Positions 34,051 through 49,261 of a DNA stretch of 64,000 nt are shown here, in pieces. Positions within the stretch are counted from its first letter, which is position 1, and the number at the start of each line of letters is the position of its first letter. A program made the translations under genes and the position numbers. Under the pieces are notes generated by a model. That model worked only from the letters and a program-made list of their open reading frames with translations. It did no database searches and was not told where the DNA came from. Source of the DNA: the human T2T-CHM13v2.0 reference genome, Homo sapiens; NCBI RefSeq assembly GCF_009914755.1, contig NC_060936.1. The stretch is one strand, 5' to 3'.

Positions 34051-34847
34051 TCAAAATATTATCCCTGCATTATCACAAAATATTTCATGGAAAGACATAT
34101 ATGAAATATACTATATGTTAATATTTTATATTTTACCAAGACTAATACAATGAAAAAATGATTACTTCCATCAGAGATACAAAATCTGCTGACTGAGCAA
34201 ATTCATATGAAAGAAAGGTATTAGTCTTCAAGGCAGTAAAGATGATCTGGAGTAATTTTGTTTTCAAATACATCTTATTGCCTAGGATAGATAAGAAAGG
34301 ATTTATTGCCGGGGGCGGGGAGAGGGATTGAAACAGAAAGAAGACCCCACATTAAAGGCTTTGATGGCAATATGCTTCAACTTTTTCCTATGAATTATCC
34401 TCTAAGACAGGTCCTCACATCATAGTTTCCAAAGCATGCGCTTTTGATCGTGACTTGCGCACACAACCAGCAACACACTGTGGTTCCTGTGTTCAACACT
34501 GCAGCCGGAAACAGCCCTGGGCTGGCTGCAACAAACATAAGGCAAGGGAAAGAAATTAGGCAACTGGTTTCCTCGGACAAAGCCAATAGGTACAAGCTGG
34601 ATAAAGCAGTTTTGCATTTTTATTTGGCCAAGGGACTTATTTACAGAAAAAAAAAATTATAATGCAGCTTTTGAAGGTATCTTTGTATCATGATCCAAGA
34701 CTGCTTTAGAACTTGTACAAAATAAATCTCCTTAAAAACTTGCAAAAATCTATGTTAACATGCTGGTTGAAATTACTATTTCATAAGAAAAATGCTACTG
34801 GATATCTAAATACCCTCTCAGGATATGTGCTCATAAAACTTACTAAA

Positions 34848-35410
34848 GCCTAGGTATTTGCCCCAAATAACTGAAAGCAGGGACTCAAACATACTTGTAC
34901 ACCAATTTTCACAATGGCTGGGCCGTGAATAATGGGTTGGGTTGGGTGGAAGTAACCCAAGTGTCTATCGGTGAATGAATGGATAAATAAATTGTGGTAC
35001 AGCCATCCAATCAAATATTATTCATCCTTAAAAAAGAAGAAAATTCTGATACATGCTACAACATAAATCAACTTCAAAAACATGATGCTATGTGAAATAA
35101 ACCAGAAAAAAGAGACAAATATTGTTATGACTCAACTTATATGACAGACCTAGATTAGGCAAATTCATAGAAAAAGAAAGCAGAATAGCGGATACCAGGA
35201 CTGGAGAGAAAGGGAATGGGGAGTTTTTGTTTGATGCATACAGAGTTTCTGTTTGGGATGATGAAAAAGGTCTGGAAATGAATAGTGGTGACTGTTGCAC
35301 AAAACATAAGTGAACGTACTTAATGTTACTGAACTGTACACTTAGAAAAAGTTCAATGGTAAATTTCAAATTGTATGTTATGTATATTTTACAATAACAA
35401 CTTTTATAAA
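34848..35410 (+). mobile_element. L1MB-like 3' end
   Basis: Motifs aacccaagtgtctatc, gtttctgtttgggatgatgaaaaa and cttaatgttactgaactgtacactta. Confidence 0.75.
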
Positions 35411-36920
35411 ACTTAAGGAAAATTTTAAAAACTGCTCTTAACCTCTAAAAGAACTGGTTTTTACTGTATCTGTTTCATTAAAAGATTATTCCCTGCCATT
35501 TAATGCTGATAATAGTTTTAGAAATGATTCTAGAAACGAAGTCTTAAAAGCATCCCTACAATTCCAAAATCTAACTTCAAGAAGAAAATTTCCAGTGACT
35601 TTTAAAAATGAATGCTACAGATTGACATTTAGTTATTTCCTGGGGGCTAACCTCTCCTAGTGACAAATTCTGTGGACAAGCAAACAGGAGCCTAAGAGTT
35701 TAAATCACAGTTCATCCCTTACTTCTATCAGGACAAACTAGGGTTTCTGTCTGGGATGATGAAAAAATTGAAGAAGGAAAGTCTCTTGAGCCCCAGAGCA
35801 AGGAGGGATTAGACAGACTGAATTTCAGTAGCAAATCTCCAATGACCCTGGGGGCACACTTCTACCTGCATATACCACGGTCACCTCAAATTCAACACAT
35901 CTAAAAATCAAACCAAATCTCTCCATCATCTTGCAGTATCTAATGTCTGTTACAAGCTCCAACTAGAATAAATACCTCTGGTCACTGTTCTGTCCTATCT
36001 TATGTATCACCACATGCATGAGGACTCTGCTAGGTACTAGCACTCCATGATAAAGACTCAGCCCCTACCACCCACCAAGAATTGCCTAACAGGGAGACAA
36101 AAAGAAGTAAACAGGTTGCCAAATTAAACAGACAGGTGTAGGAACTCAGCATGGAGGCCTATGTGACAGTGCGACCTGCTGGGAGTTCACAAAGTAGTCA
36201 AGCAGTTCAGTTGGGCTAGAGAGGAGAGAGCAAGAGTGAGTGATCATGCGTGCAAGAGACAAAAAGCAAGAGCTAGAGCATATTCCCACAAAGGTGTCTG
36301 TGAGAGACGGAGAGTGTGTGTGTGGGGGTGGGGGGTGGGGGGGGCGGCGGCGGTGGCGGGGAGGACAGAGAACAAAAGGAAGAAAGGCCAGTTCACATAG
36401 GGCTACCAAAGCTAGGGATCTGGCTGTATTTGCCGTCTTCACTGGTATCTCCTTGTCACACTGTGCCTTCTATTCCCAGCACTCCATGGAATTTGCTCTC
36501 CCCAAGATCATCAACAATCTTGTTGTTACTTAATCTAGTAACACTTCAGTCAATATCTTACTTGATATCCCCGCTCCCCTTGCAGGATCTGACAACAGTA
36601 GCCACTTCCTTTTCTTGAAACAATTTTATCCCAGCTCCCACGACATCCTACTGGATTTCTTCCCTGCTCTCTGGCTCCGTATTTTCTCCTTCTCCTCTGC
36701 CCATCAGGGCTCTGTCATCAGTTCTCTTTACTTCTTACTCCACATCTCATCTCTGGGTGATACTGTCTACTCTCATGCCTTTGGTTATCATCTATATAGG
36801 CTGATGATTCCCTTTTCCAAGTTGTAACAGCAATCTTTTACTGAGTCATGTGCCCAGCACTGTCCTAAGAGCTTCCCATTATGATCCCCATTTTGTACAG
36901 ATGAAAAAACAGAAACATAG

Positions 36921-37285
<365 letters not shown>

Positions 37286-37654
37286 CACAAAGAAATTTAA
37301 AAGAATGGCACGAAGAATTGTTAGGAAGAAGCAAGCTGAAGACCTACGTATCACATAAAACCACTTTTATTAAAAATGGGACTATTTCACATTTCTGTAT
37401 TATTTGAGTTTTTAAAATAACACTAAAATTTTTTTTTAATGGAACACAGGATTCTGGTGGAAACGTTAGCAAAAAAGACAAAAAAGTGTTAGTGATGTCT
37501 GATTTGGCTATATTTTTCACTTATACTAAATACTAAAAGCTTGTGTTCTTCAGTCGGATATAGAATTTAACAAGTAATACTACAGAGTAAGTTCTATAGC
37601 AGAATTTAATTTTCAAAGAGCCCAATTTAAATACAATGGTTTTCTTAAACTTTT

Positions 37655-37949
37655 ATTTTTTCTGAGACAAGGTCTCACTCTGTCACCCAGGCTGGAGTGT
37701 AGTGGCATGATCACGGCTCACTGCAGCCTTGACCTCCTTGGGCTCAGGTGATCCTCTCATGTCAGCCTCCTAAGTAGCTGGGGAGACAGGCGCATGCCAC
37801 CACATCAGGCTAATTTTTTTTGTTTGCAATTTTTGTAGAGATGGGGTTTTGCCATATTACCCAAGCTGGTCTTGAACTCCTAGACTCAAGTGATCCTTCA
37901 GCATTGGCCTCCCAACTTGCTGGGATTACAAGCGTGAAGCTGCCTGGCC
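37655..37949 (-). mobile_element. AluJ
   Basis: TSD ttcttaaactttt at 37642 and 37950. Confidence 0.93.
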
Positions 37950-39127
37950 TTCTTAAACTTTTGACACTGTTTTTCACACAGAAAAGAGTAACAAACTTCC
38001 ATGCCCTATTCATTTGAAAAGACAATTTAAAAACACTTAAGTAGCTACTGTAACAACATATTTCTAGAAAGCTTAACTGCAGATGGAATGGAACAAATGT
38101 TAAAGGGTAAACATGCCCCCCACCCCCAGTCCCTTTCTCATAGTGTGCCCTTCCTTATATGACACTACCTTAAGTCTACTGGATAGTCATTATATTTATA
38201 ACACAAATGGAATCTTAATTACTAACACCTTAAACTCATTTAAAAAAAAAGGACAGATCCAAACTTACATAATGTCAGTTTGATCCAGAACAATGTTCAC
38301 AAATTTTAATTCATTAAATCCAAAATAATAAAGTTTTACTAAATTAATAATTGAAAAACTATATAATCCAGCCAATTATTTAGTTTGAAAAAACAAGCCT
38401 GACACACTAAAAAGGAAATTATGGCAAAAGCAGCCCCAATTCAGTTAACTGAATTTGTTATCAAACAGACCTGATGTATTCAGAGAAAAATTTTTCTGTG
38501 AGTTAGGAAACACTAAAGAGCATCTGTTTATTGAGCACCTGAAAGGAGTTTGGCTTGGTAGAGAGAAAAGAGAGTGGAGGTGAGAAAACAAATCCCAAAA
38601 GAATAAAGGTCATGATCTTAACTCTCTAGTAACAGGGCACATGTACACAGGAATATCAACAGGAGCAAATATCGCTTGTCTTACGGAAGAATGGAATTCC
38701 AGAGAGACTCACTGCAAGATCAGCTTCTGTTTACAGAGGGGTTAAATTATGGTGTACTTGAAGTCAAGGTTTGTTAGCAGGATTTTAGCTGCTGGAGTTT
38801 TAACGTCACCTGAAAACATTGCTTTTATTCAACTAGTAGAGTAAAAATCATAAGAGTCTATAATATTTTTGGAAAATCAGTCAGGCAGAAATATTCAGTG
38901 TAGATAAATTGGGCAGAAGAGACTAGAATCAAGGAGACCAAGTAAGATTCTTATGATAATCTAAGCATGAGGTGATCAAGTCTAGGTTAGTACGAAGTGG
39001 AAAGAGGAGGTGCTATAGTCACAAACTATATTTTGAAAGAAGAACTAATGGGACCTCTCTTTGTCCAGGGTGTCTATCTCTGGTGACACACTCACTGGTC
39101 AAGAGAATGAAAGCAGGGCAAGAGTTA

Positions 39128-39545
<418 letters not shown>

Positions 39546-40427
39546 TCATGTATGTGGCAGAGACAGTTAGAGGTCACAACTTAAGGCAGAACCCTTGACA
39601 CGGATCACCTCCACCTGGCCTAAAGCTTACCTAACAGCAAGCCCAAACAGCACCACCAAACAGTGCCAGGGGAAACCTGTTCAGTGTTACACAGCCTAGT
39701 AAGTGATAAGAGTCTCTGCAAAATCTCTCCATAAAGCAGACACTCAGCTGTCTCTGGCCTTAGCAATAAGAAGAATATTTAATACCCTCGTTTTTCAGAA
39801 GTATATACAAAGGATCAATGACTAAGGTCTTTGATCTTTAGCTTCTCTAAAAAGATTCACATTAAATAATGTCTTGGAGTTTTCACCTAAGTTTATACCT
39901 GGAGTCCTGCTGTCCAGGACTCCAGGAGGGGAGAAAACACCAATACAATCTACTGTTTGAAACTAAAATAACAATGAGATGCCCTGGGTGATTTTATTTA
40001 TGAATTTTCTAATTAATCCTGACAAAATTGAGACATTCATAAAATGAGTGTCAAAATTTAAAAGTCATATACTGGAAGAGGTTATTTTTATTTGGTAGCT
40101 GTAAAGGGTGCTGGACTCTGTTCTCCAGTTGGTGATTTCTACCAACCCCGAGAATGTTTTCAGAGGAAACTTGACTTAGCAGGAGTCAAATTCTTGGTTA
40201 GAGTTTAAATCACAGTATTTTGAAAGTGTGGGTTTTAAAGATTTTTCCAAACTATGTTTTCCTCTATATAGGGGGGCCACAAACAGCCAAACAAAAGTTA
40301 TCTGAACTTCTTTATATAATAAACATGAGAAATACCCTTAACAGGGAAGTAGTTCTTTAAAAACTATCCAAGAAGCCAGACAAAACTTATTTGAAAGGCC
40401 TATGAGACCAAGAAATATAACTGCTGC

Positions 40428-40502
40428 TATAATAACAGGAACAATAATAATAATAATAATAATATAATAATATAATAATAATAACAATAATAATAATAAT
40501 AC
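40428..40502. repeat. Imperfect (AAT)n microsatellite
   Basis: Run of aataataat units with occasional interruptions. Confidence 0.92.
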
Positions 40503-40509
40503 TTTGGGG

Positions 40510-40750
40510 GCTCTTACTGAGTTGCTAGACTTCATACAAGCTGTTTACATTTTCCTCATTTCATCTTTTCAACTTCTCCCTGAGGAACATACTTCCACTA
40601 TCAGCTTTAGAGATGAGGATACTGAAGCAGAGAGATGAACTAGTTTGTCCAAGGTCAAACAGCTGCACAGCTTCAAGGAAGAAGAACTAGCATTCCCATC
40701 CAGGCAGCCTGGTTCTAGATCCAGAGGTCATGCTTTAAACCATTTTACAA
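40510..40750 (-). mobile_element. MIR
   Basis: tttagagatgaggatactgaagcagagag...gtccaaggtca. Confidence 0.6.
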
Positions 40751-40884
40751 CACTCCCTAGCTCAACCTGGCTTGTGCCCCCCAGCCTCAGCTGGGATCAT
40801 TAAGTTGTATCATGAATCAAAACGCACCCTCCAAGAGCTAATGGTAAACACCACACATGGACCATTTTCCAGACTGGCCCATAA

Positions 40885-41211
<327 letters not shown>

Positions 41212-41867
41212 TAAAAGAACTGATATTATACGAAATATGCTCTCCAACTACAATTTAAATTAGAAATCACCCAAAGGAAAATCTGTGAAAATCCCCAAAT
41301 ATGTGGAAATTAAACACACTCCTAAATAACCCATGGGTCAAATAAGAGATCACATGGAAAATTAGAAAATATCTTGAACTGAATGAGGATGAAAACAAAA
41401 CATATCAAAATATGTGGAAGGCAGCTAAAGCAATGTTTATACAGGCAAATCTACAGCATTAAGTGATTATACTGGAAAATAAAAAAAGGTTCAAAAATCA
41501 AAGTTTTTGCCTTAAAAAAAAACTAGAAAAAAAAGAGCAAATTAAACTCAAATCAAATAGAAGGAAGGAAGTAATACAGAGCAGAAATCAATGAGACTGA
41601 AAACTACAAAATTCCTTTCTGCAGAAATCCATCGGCTAGTTCCAAAATTTGTATGAAAGCAAAGGAAGTAGAATAGCTAAAACAATCTTGGGGAAAAAAA
41701 GTTGGAGGATTCACATTAACTGATTTAAACACTTACTATAAAACTACAGTATTTATAGCGTGAATTGGTGAGGAATACACGTACTGTTCAATGGAACATA
41801 GATTCCAGAAATTCACAAATTTATAACCAATGAATTTCTAACAAAAGTTCCAAGAGGAAAGAAAGTC

Positions 41868-42170
41868 TTTTTTGTTTGTGTTAGAGATGGAGTCTTGCTC
41901 TGTTGCCTAGGCTGGGGTGCAGTGGCATGATCACAGCTCACTACAGCTTCGAACTCCTGGGCTCAAGAGATCCTCTGCCTCAGCCTCCCGAGTTGCTGGG
42001 ACTACAGGTGTGTGCTACCACTTCCGGCTAAGTTTTTTATTTTTATTTCTTGTAGAGATGGGGGTCTCTCTATGTTGCCCAGGCTGGTCATGAGCTCCTG
42101 GGCTCAAGTGATCCTCCTGCCTCAAGCCTTCCAAAGTTCTGGGATTAGAGGCATGAGTTATTGGGCCCAG
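41868..42170 (-). mobile_element. AluJ
   Basis: Full dimer with J-type positions. Confidence 0.92.
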
Positions 42171-42422
42171 ACTAGGAATAGTCTTTTCAACAAACAGTGT
42201 TTGAACAACTGGATGTAAATATGCAAAACAAACAAAAAGCCTCACACTGTATGCAAAAACAGATCATAAGCTTAAATGTGAAACTGAAATCCATAAAGCT
42301 TCTAGAAGAAAACAGAAAAATCTTTGTGACATTGGGTTAGGTTAAAAATTTCTTAAAACACAGAACAGATCATAAAAGAAAATTTGATAGGTCAGACCTT
42401 ATCAAAATAAAAGCTGCTCTTT

Positions 42423-43120
<698 letters not shown>

Positions 43121-43391
43121 AGAGTAAATTTCACTGTTCACAAACTACACCTTTAAAAATCTGACTTTAGTATCCCAGTGAAAAGACAGTTAAGATGGTG
43201 GCTGGTACTGGGGTGAAACTCATGGTAGCTGTGAGAAGTTATCTGGTCTTAGATACATTAATATTTGGAAGATGTATCTACAGGATTTCCTGACAGAGTG
43301 AACACAGAGCATGAGTGAAAAAGAAGCCAAAGATGACTCCGACCAAGCAACTGGGAGAATGAAACACCATCAGCTGAAACGAGATGGAATA

Positions 43392-43749
43392 AGGGAGAGG
43401 GGAGGGGGAAGGAGGGGGGAGGGGGAAGGGAGGGGTGGGGGGGAGGTGGAAAGGAGGGGGGAGGGGGAAGGGGTGAGGGGGAGGGAGGGGGGAAGAAGGG
43501 GGAGGGGGAAGGGGAGGGGGGAAGAAGGGGGAGGGGGAAGGGGAGGGGGGAAGAAGGGGGAGGGGGAAGGGGAGGGGGGAAGAAGGGGGAGGGGGAAGGG
43601 GAGGGGGGAAGAAGGGGGAGGGGAAGGGGAGGGGGGAAGAAGGGGGAGGGGGAAGGGGAGGGGGGAAGAAGGGGAGGGGGAGGGGTGGGGAGGGGGAGAG
43701 CAGAGGGGAGGGGAGGGGAGGGGAGGGGGAGGGGTGGGGGAGGGGGGGA

Positions 43750-43794
<45 letters not shown>
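43392..43794. repeat. Polypurine tract: 29-bp G-rich minisatellite (AAGAAGGGGGAGGGGGAAGGGGAGGGGGG, about 6.5 copies) followed by (GA)n
   Basis: AAGAA anchors at 43493, 43522, 43551, 43580, 43609, 43637 and 43666. (GA)n spans about 43752-43793. Confidence 0.95.
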
Positions 43795-43797
<3 letters not shown>

Positions 43798-44029
43798 GTA
43801 CATGCATATGTTGGGGAGAGCAAGGGTGGTGAGGAATTCAGTTCTAAGCTTCCAGTCTGGTATAAAACAGAGATAATCCCATTACTTATCTCATAGTTTT
43901 GTTGTTTCACTTTGGGTAAACATCACTGCATTCCTTCATTTCACTTAGAAGTCCTATCAGGCTGACTTTTTTGTGACCCTAGAAGGAAGCCCAGCCATCA
44001 CTTAGTTCTGCTTACTGTAGCTTGATGGA

Positions 44030-44552
44030 TGTGATGGTTAATTTTATGTATCAATTTGACTGAGCTAAAGGATGCCCAGCTACGTGGTTATACATTATTT
44101 CTGTTTGCTGCCTATTTCTGTGTGTGAGAGTGTTTCTGGAGGGGATCAGCACTGAAGTGGGAACTGAGTTCAGCAGATGATCCTCCCCAGTGTGGGAGGG
44201 CATCATCTAATCCACCAAGGGCCTGAACAGAACAAAAAGGCGGAGGAAGGGCAAATTCTCTCTCTCTCTCTCTCTCCTTGAGGTGAAACATTCAACTTCG
44301 GTCCTTAGACATTCCCACTCTTGATTCCTGGACCTTCAGACTCAGATCAGGAGTTACACCATCGGCTCTCCTGGCTCTCAGGCCTTTGGACTTGGACTCA
44401 GTTTCACCACTGGCTTTCCTGGTTCTTTAGCTTGCAGATGGTGGTGCTTCACAGCCTCCATCTCTGCCCGAGCCAATTCCTATATAAATCTCTTCTTACA
44501 TACACATCATATATACCCTATTGGTTCTATTTCTCTGGAGAACCCTAATACA
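44030..44552 (+). mobile_element. MLT2 (ERVL) solo LTR
   Basis: Begins TGTGATGGTTAATTTTATGT and ends CTCTGGAGAACCCTAATACA. 5-bp flanks ATGGA/ATGGG. Confidence 0.88.
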
Positions 44553-45521
44553 ATGGGTCCTCCAGCACTCACCCCAAATTAAGCATGTTTCCTTTTACAA
44601 AAGGTAGAAATGTCCACTCTTCATAAGTCCTTTAATCAGGTCCCATTCAAACTCCTCTAAAATAAATTTCTCCAAAATTCTATTTCTATATTTCACTTTG
44701 CATGCTCACTGTTTATGCCACTGTTTATGTGAAGCAGAGGTTAGGATACCTTGGGAATTCATGTCTCAGCCACTTGTATCTCTGATACAGCTTTCCCTTC
44801 CTACTGTGGAGTTTATCATTTCCACTAATAGGTGTGTGCTTAATAAAAACAAAACATGAATTGCTTCTCTTCTCCCATCTCTTTAAGCCATCTGTTCCCC
44901 TGTAGTTCTGTAGTTCCTTATCCTTTTTGCAGAGGCTCTCCATTTTCTCCTTTACACTGTCATTTTAATCTGGGAGTTGAGAGAAAGAATCTGATAACTG
45001 CCACCCCCTCACACCACTACCACCAAAGAAGCCACTACGAATTCCCACTGAAAGCCTTTTGTTCTAAAGGGAGAGCCAGTCCTGTTCCTACTGCAGTACT
45101 GTCACCTAGAAACCAAAATTCTCAGCTGACATAACATTTCAGGACTAATCTAATTCCTAAGAACTACTCAGCACAGTTCAAAATATAAAAAACCAGCTAC
45201 AGCTCTTGCCTCTTTATCACCAATCTGAAATCTCAAACTGTAAATTCATAATAGCAATTGTATCTGCTTAGTTTTATCGAGCTTTTCCTATGTGTGGGGT
45301 ACTGTGCTAAATAAGTGCTTTAACTGAATCAGCTCATTTAATACTCAAAATAACCCTGTGACAACATTTTCATTATTATTACTCATAAAAACAGGACACC
45401 TTGGAGATAAGCAAGAAGCAACATTTAGACTGTGTACCACAGAGTAGGACATTTAATTAATCCCCCAAGAATTATGAGATTGGTTTTGCCTTATATTATT
45501 ATTTTCTGACTCTAATATTAA

Positions 45522-45865
<344 letters not shown>

Positions 45866-46734
45866 GCTATTTGGAAATGAAAGTGAAATTCTTTTTATTT
45901 TACTTGGAAATCCTTATATCCAAGGAAGAAACCCAAGATTGCCCTCACAGCAGGTCCAAAGCTCACCATACCATATAGGAGGCCTGTTTCCATACTGTAG
46001 TTTAATATTAGAGATTTGAGTTGCACAGGAAGACTCTTTACAAACAACCAGTGTGTTAGACAAATGTTTTACTGAGCACTTCCAAAGCATAAGAGACTAT
46101 TTTAGGCACCACATCAGCACTATGGGGATCTGGTGATAACTCACTGCTTCTGAGTCAAGATTACAATCTAAGTAATAAGATGTGCATAAAATAACTTTAA
46201 ATGCACTACAAAGAAATCTACATTTCAATAAAGGAACATAAGCACTATAGGAGTTCAGAGGAAGAAGAGATTGCTTCCATCGGAGAAGGTCAAATTAGCC
46301 CCTTCTGAAGAGGTAAAATTCGAATTATTCTTGAAGAATAAGTAGGATCTGAAAATGTGAGATCCATTAGGGAGAATAAGATTCAAAAGCAAAGGGTACA
46401 ATAAGAACGATGGCATAATGACAAAGAAGTGTGGGGCATGTGTTAAGTACTTGGAGCTTACTTGGAGCATGGGTACCAGAAAGGGAACAGAGGAAAACAG
46501 GGTTGGCCAAAGAGGTTAAATGTGACTGTGGCAGGCCTTAAAAAGGAGACAGCCTCGATAGGAAACTAATATAATATTCTAGGAAGAACGTCTGAATCAA
46601 GGCAGATACCAGAAACATTTTAACAAATAGGATGGAGAGCATTTGGGAATGACTTAGTATGAGGAGCAAGAGACATGTAGGAATGAAGCTGGGTAAATGA
46701 GAGGATGGTAGTAGGTTAATAAAAACATGAAACA

Positions 46735-46868
46735 AGCCAGGCGCAGTGGCTCATGCCTATAATTCCAGCCCTCTGGGAAGCTGAAGTGGGAGGATCACTT
46801 GAGGCCAGGAGTTGGGAGACCAGCCTGGGCAATATAGTGAGACTCCATCTCTCCAAAAAAAAAAAAAG
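46735..46868 (+). mobile_element. Alu left monomer (FLAM_C-like)
   Basis: Single arm plus A tail. Confidence 0.88.
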
Positions 46869-46937
46869 GAAAAAGAGAAAAAAAGGAGGAAAAACAGATG
46901 CATACAACTAGGGAGAAAAAAGAGTTGTTGAGTTTTA

Positions 46938-46939
<2 letters not shown>

Positions 46940-46973
<34 letters not shown>
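46940..46973. repeat. (GT)n microsatellite
   Basis: About 17 GT units. Confidence 0.95.
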
Positions 46974-46974
<1 letters not shown>

Positions 46975-49261
46975 GAGTTTCAAGTGACAGAGGAATATTT
47001 AAGTGGTGAGATCCATTTTTAATTTATATAACTGAAGTGGGCTCTAAATGCGGGGCTACAGCTGAAAACTGAGATCTCATCTTGACACATACACACGAAG
47101 CTGACTGTGAGTCTGCACAGTACTGACCTTTGAGAATAAGCATGCATACAGGGTGACACATTTTCACATGTGCTCTACTTTAATCCTTATGAAGCAACCT
47201 TGTGAGAGAAATATTATGATGTCCTGAAATTATAGTATTTGGCCTGTAAGTTCTTCCTAGCCAACGAGTTCACAGTTAGAACCAGTTTTACGTTAACCAC
47301 ATCTGCTGAATACAGAAAAAAGGAAACCACTACAGATGGAATTTTAAGTCTTCAGTTTATAACAGACAATCGAGAGAGAATGAGAATGTTTCAGTTCATT
47401 TTTACTCCTTGTAGCTGCCTGACCCTTCAACACAATCATGTGCTAACCAGTTCCAAGCCAACTATGCCCCTGGTTAACAAATGGGCAATGGAGTGGTGAA
47501 ATGTGATCGGTGGTCCATGAAGTCTTTTTGGTTGTCTCCAACAGGGGTTGGAGTGGGCTCTGAGTAGGGGTGGTTGGTGGGGACTCTGCCCTCTGAAGTA
47601 CCCTTTGAGAGACTGCCCAGAAGAGAGATAGGCCATGAACAGCTTCCCCGTAAACACCTTCATAATCGGGAGGTGGGAAGCAGAGGAGAACCATGGATGT
47701 TGCCAACCAAGGAGATGTTAGAAATCTTTGCTAAAACAAATGAAGGCATTTCCTCTCCCGTCGCCATACTCCTTCTGCAATCTTACACTCATTCTCCTTT
47801 TCTTTCACAGTGAACAGAGATCAGCTGTGCTATTTTCACCATTAGTATGAAAACCAGTAAATGAAGGTCCTATACTACTCTAGTTTAACCAGAGCTAAAA
47901 ATAACCTTTTGTGTTTCCCTTTCTGTACTCTTTTCATTAACAATAAAACAAGTGTTCATAACTGTGTGCACACAGTAGGTAAAATGTGCCAAAACTATAC
48001 AATAATTAATCTTTTAAATCATCACATGGAATCTGATAACATCTTATAAAAACTAACCCTCCAACTAATAACTGAAACACACATTTCTGAACTATTAATA
48101 CTTTAGAGATGGAAGAAAAACAGTACAAATCTATTTTATAGGGGTGAAAAATGAGGTTCAGGCAGCTTAGTTTGTTGTAACATTCTTGCCTCATTTTGAA
48201 ACTCTTCTATGTTAATCACCTTGGTATTATATTACCTCTCTGCATACATCTTATTTGTCCTGTTAGACCACAGTCTCCTGGAAAACAGGGACCCTGTTCC
48301 AACTTCCTTTTAATGATGTCTAACAATATGCTCCACAGATCGACAGTGCATACTAAATGTCTGTAAAATCAGTTATCACTCAGAAAGGAAGGCAGAAGGA
48401 AGCTCTTAGCCAAATAACATATAATTCTAAACTCAGAGTGAAAAATTCATTTTATTTTTGAAACCACACCTACCCTTAACCATCCTCATGATTTATGAAA
48501 TACTCTCTAAGCATGTAGCCCTTGCTAAACAGTAGTTCTTTCGTTATCTCTCCTTCAAGAAATCTAGGCAAGCTTGTTCGTTAGTCATAGATGTTATACA
48601 TACAGTTATAGATGATCAAGAATTCTGACGATGAAGTCTAAGATCTATCCTCTGACCCACTGTGCTGTCACTCTTACAACAAAACGAAGGAAGCTTAACA
48701 TTTTATAGTCAGAAAAATCTTGAGAAAATGTTTTACTGGTTTCATTTCCTTGATTGAAAAACTCTTCTCCCTCTTAAAAGATCTCTTCTATGTTGATAGT
48801 ATCTTGAAAAACAATATCCTTATGCCTTCATGTAAAAAGCTTAATGTAAAGACAGAAATCTGTGTGGTCTCTCCAAGTCGGTATTACAGAATTCTGGCAC
48901 TACATATACAAGCCCCTGCTATTTTAGGATCACAAGAAACAGCTAGCCTGGGAAAATGAGAGAGAGGTGAACCATTCCTAACATCTTAACAGCCACTTCA
49001 AGCAACCACTTGTTCTGCAAATACCACAGGCCCCTTGAGAATCCTTAGATTTGGTTGGTAACTTAAATTCTGGCAACTTCCCTTGCAACAGAACTGTTCT
49101 ATCTGAAATGGGCATTAGCAACAGAAAACTATGTAACCATATCACATTCTCCTTTGTACTTTTTATGAAATTCAAATGAGTTCACATTTCAAAATTGAAG
49201 TAAGGTAGCATTTACAACAAATCCAAGCAGACCCATGTGCCATCATTTCTGTAACTTTGGA

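Noticed and set aside
43258-43910. Long Pro-rich and Gly/Glu/Arg-rich ORFs (145-210 aa)
   Set aside because: They are translations of the polypurine repeat, which lacks stop codons in most frames. No splice or promoter context.
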